64,000 bases of DNA from a virus. Below are positions 9,739-18,127 of this stretch, piece after piece (within the stretch, counting starts at the first letter, position 1; the number at the start of each line of letters is the position of its first letter). Location: positions 27,549 to 91,548 of IMG/VR virus record IMGVR_UViG_3300029286_000020; one strand, given 5' to 3'. The position numbers and the translations under genes are program-made. The notes beneath the pieces were generated by a model. The model was given only the letters and a program-made list of their open reading frames with translations. It ran no database searches and was not told where the DNA came from.

Positions 9739-9771
9739 AAAGAAAAACGACCCCGTGAGGGGCCGTTCTTC
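9739..9771 (-). terminator. Intrinsic terminator
   Basis: Minus strand AACGGCCCC-TCAC-GGGGTCGTT followed by TTTCTTT. Confidence 0.75.
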
Positions 9772-9789
9772 CTAGTCCGAAAGCCTCGT

Positions 9790-10779
9790 TCAGAGGACTT
9801 CAGCGACCTTGAAGCGGTCGTACTTCCGGGCCAGCCGCGTCTCAGGGGTCGAGTCGGCGTAGAGGAGGCGAACGACATCGCGGAAGACGTTCCCTGTGAT
9901 GCGACTGCCGTGTGCTTCGCTGTGGCTCCCGTCTTTCCGCTCGTAGGGCATCGAATAGATTGAGTGGTGTGCGCGGAACACGTCGCGGATGATCCACGTC
10001 AAGAATGGAAGCGAACCGGAAGTGAGCTGCAAGGACGATCCGTCTGCCTCTGCGTGCCCGTCACCATCGAACACCCCTCGAATGTACGACCAGACAAAGG
10101 CACGGTCGAGCTGGGTCGGCGGCTGGATCGTCAAAGACTTCCGAGGCGTCACGTTGAAGTTCAGAGCCAAGGCTTCTACCCACCGGGGACACGTCACGTT
10201 CAGCCATGCGTAGATGCGCCCCGTGTTGTTCGGGCGAAGTGTGATCGGTTGGTCCAGCCTCGCGGCTATCTTGAAGCGCTCCAGCAGCTCCCGGTCGTCA
10301 GGGTGAATGCCAAAGGAAAGGGTGTCGTTCTCCTCGTGGACACAGCCATCAGCGGCAGCGAAGCCTGCCCAATAGGCAGAGACGTGATTCACCTCTGCGA
10401 AGAAGTCCCGGTCGAAGAACTTGTACTTCTGACCCCGGTCGCGCTGTGCAGTCACCACACGGCGTCTTCGGAGGTGAGTGAACACAGGCGTGTACGAAAC
10501 ACCGAGGGCGGCGGCGATCTCGTAGATGGTTCGTTTCTCGACGGTGAAAAGGCGCACAGCCTCATCCACGTCGAAAGTTGGTCGCTGAGCCTCTTGTGGA
10601 GAACGAGTTTTCCCGTGGGTGCGCAAAGTGCGGCTTACGATCCCTTGGGAGAGGTTGTATCTCGCCGCCAAATCGGTCTGAATCGATCCTGCAGCGTACT
10701 CCGCTAAAAGCGATGCGCGAATCTCTGGAGTCACGCGCCCATAGGGTTTGCGGTTCTTCGATCCCAGTGGTCGGCCCAT
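9790..10779 (-). mobile_element. Free-standing LAGLIDADG homing endonuclease with N-terminal HTH repeats
   Basis: Two motifs YWAGFAAADG and YIRGVFDGDG, PRKS, C-terminal LARKY; sits immediately 3' of the capsid gene. Confidence 0.85.
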
Positions 10780-10853
10780 AAACACCTCGGTCCGCCAACC
10801 CAAGAAGAGCTGGCGGACCAAGCGTAGCACACCTGATTAGAGGCGTAGTATTT

Positions 10854-12350
10854 CTACAAATTCGTGACGCGCATCTGGCCGTAGTATTCCGGGCGCAAGA
10901 GCTTCTTCGCGTAGCGGGTACGCATCGCCTTGCGGAGCGAGAAGTCGTTCGGGTCGAGGAAGGTCTGAGTGACCTGCAGGGGGATGTACGGAGCCCAGAC
11001 GTATCCGGCGTCGAGGAAGCTGCCGCCCTTGAGGCCGATCAGCATCTGGTCGCGCTGGAAGAAGGGGTCTTCGTAGACCATCCACTTGTTCTGCAAGGTG
11101 CCGACCTTGTAGATGCCGAACTGGCCCTGCGAGGACAGGGGGCGGGGCATGTCCATCGGGCCGTAGGGCGACTCAGCGCCCGAGACGTAGGCCGCGCGGA
11201 AGTCACCGTGCGTGGTGAGCTGCGCGAGCAGGGCGCTCACGTCGGGGCTCGTCACGATGAAGTTCGCGGGCGCACGCAGGGTCTTCTTGTGGATCTGGTT
11301 CGAGACGGTCGAGATGACCGTGAGCATCGAGCGCAGGTGGTCGAGTTCGCTGATGCCAGCCGGGGGCACGCGGTCGAACGAGCCGGTCGTCGACGTCGAG
11401 TTCTGGAAGAGGTCATCGATGATCTCGCGATCGATTTCGAGGGCCATTTCCTGAGCGACGGCGGAGACGATTTCCGTCTCAGCGTCGATGCCGTGGAAGG
11501 CGCGGAGGTCTTCAGCGGCTTCGCTGGACCACAGAGCCTTGAGGCGGCGAGGCTGGGCTTCGACCGGGGCCTTCTTCACGTCGAGCTTCATCGACGGGAT
11601 CTTGGTGTTCAGTTCGCCGTCGTAGACGTAGAACGCCTTGATCTGGTTGCCCAGACCGCACGCGACGGTGAACCGGAAGCCGGAGATGGCGCCGTTCGCG
11701 TAGTTGAGGGCACCCGAGAGCACGTTGCCAGTGAAGCCACCGGCACCGTCATCGGTCGCCTGCTGGACAACGGCACCCGTGATGACGTTGAACTCGCGGA
11801 CGATGGTGGCGAAGCCATTCGAGGCGTTCAGCGGACGAACCGGGTTGAACGACAGGGTGGACGAGAGCGGAGCGCCAGCGCCGCCGAAGTCAGCGCCGTT
11901 GCCGGTGCCGAGGATCTCGCCGTCGATCTTCTCGGACGTGTAGTTGCGGTCGAAGTCACGAGGGAAGACCTGACCGCGCTGGGTCGGGGCCTTGTTCGTG
12001 TCGTAGACGTAGTCGAGGAAGAACACGGCGCCGACCGAGGCCGTCATCGGCTGCACGGACACGATGTCGTGGGCGATGAGGTTCGGGAACACGCGACGGA
12101 GGACGGGGAAGATGAACTTCGTGAACGAGCCGACGTTCACGAGGCGAGTCTCTTCTTCGAGGCTCTGAAGGTGCTGCGACTCGTTCTCCATCAGCACGGC
12201 AGTGACGCCGAGGACGTAGCGGTCACGCTCCGTTCGGTCGGGCATGCCTTCCAGCAAGTCCTTCCACTTGCGAACGAGGGCACCGACGTAGGTCTTGTCG
12301 GCGATCGTGCGGGTCGAACCTTCGAGAACCATGTTGCGAGCTTCCATCAC
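10854..12350 (-). CDS. Major capsid protein (T4 gp23-like)
   Basis: FPVLRRVFPNLIAHDIVSVQPMT, RRLKALWSSEAAEDLRAFHGIDAE, EIDREII, ANFIVTSP, AGYVWAPYIPL, MRTRYA. Confidence 0.97.
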   Translation of the reverse strand: MMEARNMVLEGSTRTIADKTYVGALVRKWKDLLEGMPDRTERDRYVLGVTAVLMENESQHLQSLEEETRLVNVGSFTKFIFPVLRRVFPNLIAHDIVSVQPMTASVGAVFFLDYVYDTNKAPTQRGQVFPRDFDRNYTSEKIDGEILGTGNGADFGGAGAPLSSTLSFNPVRPLNASNGFATIVREFNVITGAVVQQATDDGAGGFTGNVLSGALNYANGAISGFRFTVACGLGNQIKAFYVYDGELNTKIPSMKLDVKKAPVEAQPRRLKALWSSEAAEDLRAFHGIDAETEIVSAVAQEMALEIDREIIDDLFQNSTSTTGSFDRVPPAGISELDHLRSMLTVISTVSNQIHKKTLRAPANFIVTSPDVSALLAQLTTHGDFRAAYVSGAESPYGPMDMPRPLSSQGQFGIYKVGTLQNKWMVYEDPFFQRDQMLIGLKGGSFLDAGYVWAPYIPLQVTQTFLDPNDFSLRKAMRTRYAKKLLRPEYYGQMRVTNL

Positions 12351-12411
12351 ACTCTCCTTCGGGGGTTGAGCGGCTACACCGCCACTCTACAGATTGAACT
12401 CTAGCTGAACT

Positions 12412-14076
12412 TCAGCCTTTGATACCAGCCAAAGCGCGAACTCGATCGAGGCTGATTCCAAGACCCTGCCAGTTTTGGCCTTCGGCCATGGTCCGGCGGG
12501 TCCGGGGAGCTTCGGTCTCTTCCGAGATTTCCGTCGGCGTGCGCTCGACGCCGCCGTTCATACGGCCACGGATGCGGGCGCGGACCGACTGGAGGTCGTC
12601 CTCGTCACGCTCAACTTCGCGCTCACTCTCCACGAGGGAGTCAACCGCTCGGCGAGAGGACGGACGGGTGCTCTCCACGAGGCCACGGAGCTTGGTCGCC
12701 TTCGGATGGCTGGCAAGACGCTCCTCCGCGTAGAGGCGTGTCTCCAGTTCCTTTGTCGAACGCTTGGCTTCGGCGAGGTCATCTTCCAGTTCCAAGCGAA
12801 GGGCCTTCTCTTCGGCCATCTTCTTTTCCATCGCAGCCAACTTGGACTCGACAGCGTCGCGCTGTTTCCGCTCGACCTTCCGAGCCTCTGCGACTTCCTT
12901 GGCCTTGGCTTCCTGCTCGACCTTCTTTGCCTCGGTCTTGCGGCTCATCTCATCCTTGACCTCGGTGACACGCTGCTTGAGCGCATCCGAACTCTCGAAG
13001 CTCTTGAGGTCGCCGACAAGGGTTCGGATGGAGTCGGCGTCGGGGTCGTTGGCAACCATCTTCTCAAGGTAGAAGCGGTAGCCGACTTCCTTGGCCATCT
13101 CAGCGAGAGCCGTGTTTTCCGACTCCAGATCCTTCAGCTTGAGGTCACGTTCCGCCAACTGCTTCTGCAGGTCGCGGATCTCGACGTCCTTGCCACGAAC
13201 GACCTCAGCGGCGTCTTCGGGGAGGAGGTACGGACGGAGGACACCACGCAGAGCTTCCAGCACGGCTTTGGCCTTGCCGATCTCCGGGTCTTCCATCATT
13301 TCCTTCCGCAGTTCATCGCGAACTGCGGCACGGACGGTCGAGAGGTTGTCGAGGATTGCCTTCGCGAAGTCGTCGCGGACATTGCGCGAACCGGAACCCT
13401 GCTTGGCGCCCATCTCACCTTCGATGCGTCGAGCAAACTCCTGAGCCTTCGCCGCATCGCCTTCGAGGGGTGCCTTCTTGGCAACCATCTCAGCCTCGAT
13501 GCGCCGAGCGAACTCAATCGCCTTCTCCTGTTCAGCATCAGCGTCGAACTCCACACCCTCGAACAGGGAGCGGCTTTCGCCCATCACTGGGTAGGCGTCT
13601 TGGTCAGCCGGGTCTGCGACGAAGTCGAAGGTGACCAGCTTGTAGTCATCCTGCACGATGTCGTTCCCGCTCTCGTTGGTCTTGACGCTGCCGAAGCCAC
13701 GGCTGGAAACGCCAACGGGGACGTTCGACTTGAGGAGCGCGAGAAGGTTCTTCCCTGCCTCGGTCGGCATGATCTCCGCCTCACCGATCACGAGCCCGTC
13801 CTTGACGGAGAGGTCCGTGATGATGTGCGAGACGCGGGACAGCTTGGTCTGGCCATCGCTGGGATGGTCGATCTCGCCCATGACCCTGCGTTCCTTGAGA
13901 GCCTTGCCGAGCCGCTTCAGCTCCTTCTCCCAAACACCCTTCGGGTAGACGCGCTTGTTCTCGGTGGCGATGCCGCATTTGGCAAACTCACCTCGAACTT
14001 TGACGCGGCCACCCTCGCCTCCCTCAGCAAGAGAGAGGCGCACAATGGAAACGTCGCTCAGAAGTGGCTTGGTCAT
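12412..14076 (-). CDS. Prohead protease (gp21-like) fused to a coiled-coil scaffold domain
   Basis: NKRVYP, GEIDHP, VSHII, GVSSRGFGS, TFDFVADPA, followed by about 380 aa of charged coiled coil. Confidence 0.9.
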   Translation of the reverse strand: MTKPLLSDVSIVRLSLAEGGEGGRVKVRGEFAKCGIATENKRVYPKGVWEKELKRLGKALKERRVMGEIDHPSDGQTKLSRVSHIITDLSVKDGLVIGEAEIMPTEAGKNLLALLKSNVPVGVSSRGFGSVKTNESGNDIVQDDYKLVTFDFVADPADQDAYPVMGESRSLFEGVEFDADAEQEKAIEFARRIEAEMVAKKAPLEGDAAKAQEFARRIEGEMGAKQGSGSRNVRDDFAKAILDNLSTVRAAVRDELRKEMMEDPEIGKAKAVLEALRGVLRPYLLPEDAAEVVRGKDVEIRDLQKQLAERDLKLKDLESENTALAEMAKEVGYRFYLEKMVANDPDADSIRTLVGDLKSFESSDALKQRVTEVKDEMSRKTEAKKVEQEAKAKEVAEARKVERKQRDAVESKLAAMEKKMAEEKALRLELEDDLAEAKRSTKELETRLYAEERLASHPKATKLRGLVESTRPSSRRAVDSLVESEREVERDEDDLQSVRARIRGRMNGGVERTPTEISEETEAPRTRRTMAEGQNWQGLGISLDRVRALAGIKG

Positions 14077-14279
14077 CAGTACCGTCTCCAGCGGAAGTTG
14101 CTTCGGAAAGGGGTCCGGGCCAGTTGGCCGGAGTCCTTCTTTTGCACCTTCCGTGCTTTGCGTCGAAAGGGGTTCAGGTCTCGTTTTTCAGCGCCGATCA
14201 GCTCACGTCTCCCGCTGGAGTACGAGGCACGACGATTCCGCCATGCCTCCTCCGTCGAGGACGAGTTCAGTCGTTTCCC
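14076..14279 (-). other. Putative -1 programmed ribosomal frameshift site (G_GGA_AAC at 14279-14273) and 65-aa basic extension
   Basis: Slippery heptamer one codon before the stop; the -1 frame stays open for 66 codons to TGA 14078-14076, which overlaps the protease ATG. Confidence 0.65.
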
Positions 14280-14944
14280 GAGGTCTCTTCGACCTCTTCT
14301 TCGTCTTCGTCTTCGTTGTTGTCCTCGTAGAGGTCAACGGCGTCGAGGATGGTCTCCATCCCCTCGGCAAAGGCAGCGGCGACGTCCTCAGCGGACTCTT
14401 CGAGCTTGCCTTCGCTCATCGCGGTGGCGATGTCGGCGAATGACTCAGCAATCTCGCTGAGTTCACCAACAAGGCTGGCGAACATGCGCTCGTCGCTGGC
14501 CTCGTACTCGTCGGCCTTCACCCACTCGGTGAAGATGCCAGCCAGCTTATCGGCGATGATGGCTGCGTTGGCGAACGACTTGAGGGTCTCGTTGGCGTCG
14601 ACAGCCTCTTGGCGCGTGCCCTTCTGGATCGCCTTGGCCGTGACCTTCGCCATGCGGCGCTGGCCCTTGGCGGACCGACGCATCTTGGCCTGCTTGCGAG
14701 CGGACTTCTTGCCGCTCGCCGAACGGCGCTGCTTCTTCGCGGCGAGGCGGTCAGCCATCGACGTCTTCTGCTGCTTGACCTTCTTGCCACCGCGCAGAGC
14801 GAACTTGATGCGGCCCGCCTCGTCGAGCACCTCTTCCTCTTCCTCCTTCGGAGCAACCGGAGCGGGGGTCGGAGCGGACTCACGGATGAGTCCGATCTTG
14901 CGGAAGTCTTCTTCAAGGGTGGTGACAACGATCTGGTTTCGCAT
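14267..14944 (-). CDS. Putative prohead core protein (basic segment plus acidic tail, gp68/gp67-like)
   Basis: Between portal and protease; Lys/Arg-rich middle, Glu/Asp tail, several L/I-x-E sites. Confidence 0.65.
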   Translation of the reverse strand: MRNQIVVTTLEEDFRKIGLIRESAPTPAPVAPKEEEEEVLDEAGRIKFALRGGKKVKQQKTSMADRLAAKKQRRSASGKKSARKQAKMRRSAKGQRRMAKVTAKAIQKGTRQEAVDANETLKSFANAAIIADKLAGIFTEWVKADEYEASDERMFASLVGELSEIAESFADIATAMSEGKLEESAEDVAAAFAEGMETILDAVDLYEDNNEDEDEEEVEETSGND

Positions 14945-14964
14945 CGGAACTTCTCCTCAAGGCG

Positions 14965-15885
14965 TCAAGTGAGACGCGCAACTGTTTTCGCCACGAAGGC
15001 ACCGGCAACCTCGAATGAGGTTACTTCGGAAGCGACAGAATCGAACACCTTGGCGATCCGGTCAACAGAACCGAACTCAGCCACAGCCTCAACCACGAAC
15101 TCTCGCACTTGAGTCACATCGGAAAGAAGGTCCGACGCGAACGCCTCCAGAGAGGTGATCGCCTCTTCCCCGCCTTCCTGAATCGCCTGCTCTCGGACGA
15201 GGCGGATGGCGTGCAGCGCCGATGTTGTGCTCGCTTCGACCGCCGACAGGCGGGAAAGGAGGTGCGCAACATCGTCTTGGACGAGCGCTTTGAAGGTGTC
15301 CATCTCAGCTTGTGCTGTGGACCCGTCGTAGAGTCGCCCGAACTTCGGCGCCATAGGCGCTGGAAGTTTGTCCTCACCGAGGAACTTCTGAACCTTGTCA
15401 GCACGTTCGCTCAAGGTGGTCTTCCACAGAAGACCTTCACGGCTCTCTGCAAAGGACTTCAGGATGTCCTCGTCCGTCACAGACGAAGCTTGATCGACCA
15501 ACGGAGCGAGCGCCACGATTTTTTCGTTGGCTTGGTCGACGAGCCCGCGCAAGAACAGGTCGGCTGCAGCGCGCGCTTCCTGTCGGATGAACCGATGCAG
15601 GTTCTTCTCAGTCACGACCGTGAGGTCAACGTCACTCGTCCCGGTGAAGTAGACCTCACCAGACTCGCTCAAAGCGTACTTGACCCGGACCAACTCAGCT
15701 TCGCCGACGAGGGCAACGATGAAGCTTGGGAAAACTCCAAGCAGCTGGGCCGACTGTCCTGCAAAGAGCTTGGAAGCTTCAGTGCGGAGGGCTGAAGTGA
15801 CCCGAGCAGTCGTGTCCTGAAAAGAACCTGCCAAAAGTTGGGCAAGTTCAATCGAAGGAACAAAAGGAAGGACGCTGCGGGTCAT
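14965..15885 (-). CDS. Hypothetical head-module protein
   Basis: 306-aa ORF between the portal and core genes. Confidence 0.7.
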   Translation of the reverse strand: MTRSVLPFVPSIELAQLLAGSFQDTTARVTSALRTEASKLFAGQSAQLLGVFPSFIVALVGEAELVRVKYALSESGEVYFTGTSDVDLTVVTEKNLHRFIRQEARAAADLFLRGLVDQANEKIVALAPLVDQASSVTDEDILKSFAESREGLLWKTTLSERADKVQKFLGEDKLPAPMAPKFGRLYDGSTAQAEMDTFKALVQDDVAHLLSRLSAVEASTTSALHAIRLVREQAIQEGGEEAITSLEAFASDLLSDVTQVREFVVEAVAEFGSVDRIAKVFDSVASEVTSFEVAGAFVAKTVARLT

Positions 15886-15980
15886 TTGGGCCTCACGCTA
15901 TCGGGGGACGGAAGGGGCGTCAAGGAACCGCGCGCTTCCGAAAGGAGTTTCAGGGCGGTTTTGCCCTGCGAGCGGAAACC

Positions 15981-17777
15981 TCAGCGCGCGCCTCGGGCGT
16001 TGAGATCTCGGAGCAGACCGCCAATTTCACGCAAGCGCAACTCCAAGCCTCGATCGGACTTCAGGATGGTGTCGAGCTTGGCGTCCATGCGTTTTGTGTC
16101 CTTCGGGTTGTAGCCCTCGGTCAACTCTCGGTCGGAGAAGCCGCTGTGCGTTGGGATCCCGCGACGACGGGCTGCGTCACGCGAGCTTGAGAGAGCCTTC
16201 ACCACCCGGTTCGGCTGGCGAGCCTCTGCTGGGGGACCATACGGGCCCTCTTCGGGGGGCGCTTCGCCCGGAGGAGCTTCCATCGGTGGAGGCGGGGGCA
16301 TGATGATGTTCTGTGCAGCGGCTTGATTTTCAGCGTCCTCGGCAGACTCCCCACTGCGCTGCTTCTTGATGGTGACGATCTCGTCTTCAGACAAACCGAA
16401 GACGTTCGAGAGAATCCACTGCAGCGAGACGAAGTCCCGCATGCGTGCCGCGAGGTCCGCTTTGGCCGTGCGAACTTCCATCTGAGCCAGCTCGAAAATG
16501 GCCGACGGCACCGTCATGTTGATGTCGTAGTCGACAGCGTAGGGGTCGAGGCCCAGCGCTGACAGATGGACGCGGGCGACCTTCCGGAGCCCGTTCTTCA
16601 GCTCCCGCTGGATGCGGAGGACGGTACGAGCAAAGCGGACATCCTCGCTGGACAGAACCGCCCGGGCCACACCGGATTCCTGCCCAAGGTACGCCTTCGG
16701 CACCTTGATGGCTGAAAACAGCTTGTCGCGGAAGTATTCGATGTCGTCCATCGCCTGCCACTGCGGGGCACCGAGAGTCTCGATGCGAGTGGAGTCCACG
16801 CCCTTCCGGGTAGGAACGAAGAAGTCCTCGTCCTGCGACAGCGCGTCGAACTTCAGGTTCAGTTTTCCAGTGCCCGGGTCAACAAACCGCTTCTTCCGGA
16901 AGTTCTGGCGGACACGATTCACGAAGGCGAGGGCTTCCTGCGGGGGCAGATCGCCGACATCGACGTAGAACGCAAAGCGCTCCGGGGCCCGCTGGAGGCG
17001 GTACACGAGGGCTGCGTCCTCCAGCAGCATGAGCCGCTTCCAGATCCAACGAGCAGCCTCCAAGGCGCTGTGGCCGTAGACCGAACGGCGCTCCTTCCCG
17101 CGCAAGCGAAAGTGGACCACCTCCCAGCTCTCAAACGCCGCCACCGGCTGATTCATCGGGTCCGAGCTTGTTGCCAAGTCGAACTTCGCAGACAGGGTTC
17201 GCTGGAAGTCGTTGTTGGTGAAGTCGAAGCGCCCCTTGAAGTCCTGCATGAAGCCGATCAGGTCACCCTTCGGGGTTTCAAGGCGGCGGACCGTCGGAGG
17301 AGGCAGATAGTTGATGCCTCTGACGCCGTCAGCGTTGACCAGAAGCTCCTCGTAGTCGTTCCCGTACTTGCACAAGGTTCGTGCAATTTCCCAGATCTCT
17401 TCGTCCATGCGAAGCGTTCGATTGAACAAGTCATCGAGGTTGCTTTGCAGAGTCTTGTCTGGAGAGGTGATCCAGATGGTTCGGTGGAGAACGGAGTCTG
17501 GCTGAGTCGCGTCGTCCGCGAGGATGTCGAGGGCAGTGGCGATCTCCCCGTAGTCGTCCATCTCCTCGTAGTCAGCGAACCGGAGGAGGAGGTCCGTGTC
17601 AAGGCGCAGGTAGTCCGTGAGGGCGTCGTAACCCACACCCGACATCAGGTCGATGGCTGTGGCGTCGCCACCGCCCAATTCGCCCGTCGCACCCTTGGCA
17701 AGCTGGATGTTCGCTTGGTCCTTGTCGCGGCTGAACGCAGCTGAAATTCGCTTGGCGACGTCGTCCGCGAATCCCAT
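15981..17777 (-). CDS. Portal protein (T4 gp20-like)
   Basis: YEEMD..GEIATALDI, VVHFRL, YGHSALE, LLEDAALVYRLQRAPERFAFYVDVGDLP, EDFFVP, DDIEYFRDKLFSAIKVPKAYL. Confidence 0.95.
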   Translation of the reverse strand: MGFADDVAKRISAAFSRDKDQANIQLAKGATGELGGGDATAIDLMSGVGYDALTDYLRLDTDLLLRFADYEEMDDYGEIATALDILADDATQPDSVLHRTIWITSPDKTLQSNLDDLFNRTLRMDEEIWEIARTLCKYGNDYEELLVNADGVRGINYLPPPTVRRLETPKGDLIGFMQDFKGRFDFTNNDFQRTLSAKFDLATSSDPMNQPVAAFESWEVVHFRLRGKERRSVYGHSALEAARWIWKRLMLLEDAALVYRLQRAPERFAFYVDVGDLPPQEALAFVNRVRQNFRKKRFVDPGTGKLNLKFDALSQDEDFFVPTRKGVDSTRIETLGAPQWQAMDDIEYFRDKLFSAIKVPKAYLGQESGVARAVLSSEDVRFARTVLRIQRELKNGLRKVARVHLSALGLDPYAVDYDINMTVPSAIFELAQMEVRTAKADLAARMRDFVSLQWILSNVFGLSEDEIVTIKKQRSGESAEDAENQAAAQNIIMPPPPPMEAPPGEAPPEEGPYGPPAEARQPNRVVKALSSSRDAARRRGIPTHSGFSDRELTEGYNPKDTKRMDAKLDTILKSDRGLELRLREIGGLLRDLNARGAR

Positions 17778-18127
17778 CAGCCTCTCCCTTTGAGTGTGGC
17801 TGCGAACGCACCTGCGAACTCAGCAGGGTTCTCCGCCAACGCTTTCGATACCTGCTTCGCAACCGAGTCCGCAAGGGAACTCATACGCCAGAAGTCGGCG
17901 GGACGCATTCCCTGTTGCTCAAGCATCTCGCAGAACCGCTCTGCAACAACCACAGCGACGTCGGTCAGCACGACAGATGGCGGAAAGTCCTCGGCCAGCT
18001 TCACAGCAGTCTCGCGCTGCTCCTTGGTTGCGCGCAGGAGGATAAGACCCTCATCACCTGCAGGGACCCACTCTTTGACAAGAAGAGTGTCCAATTCACG
18101 CCGCAGCTGGTCGACCTTGGTGCTCAT
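17777..18127 (-). CDS. Hypothetical protein
   Basis: MSTKVDQLRRELD..., SD GGAGG; coupled to terminase and portal. Confidence 0.6.
   Translation of the reverse strand: MSTKVDQLRRELDTLLVKEWVPAGDEGLILLRATKEQRETAVKLAEDFPPSVVLTDVAVVVAERFCEMLEQQGMRPADFWRMSSLADSVAKQVSKALAENPAEFAGAFAATLKGRG

Noticed and set aside
14203-14244. GGAGGAGGC-ATG start of a 13-aa ORF (MAESSCLVLQRET)
   Set aside because: Very short with tight SD spacing; the -1 frame explains the gap better, although it cannot be fully excluded.
12475-14460. Long plus-strand ORFs antisense to real genes (also 11208-12404, 21393-22853, 41526-42866, 49858-51039)
   Set aside because: Shadow ORFs produced by high-GC codon bias; the opposite strand carries clear family motifs.
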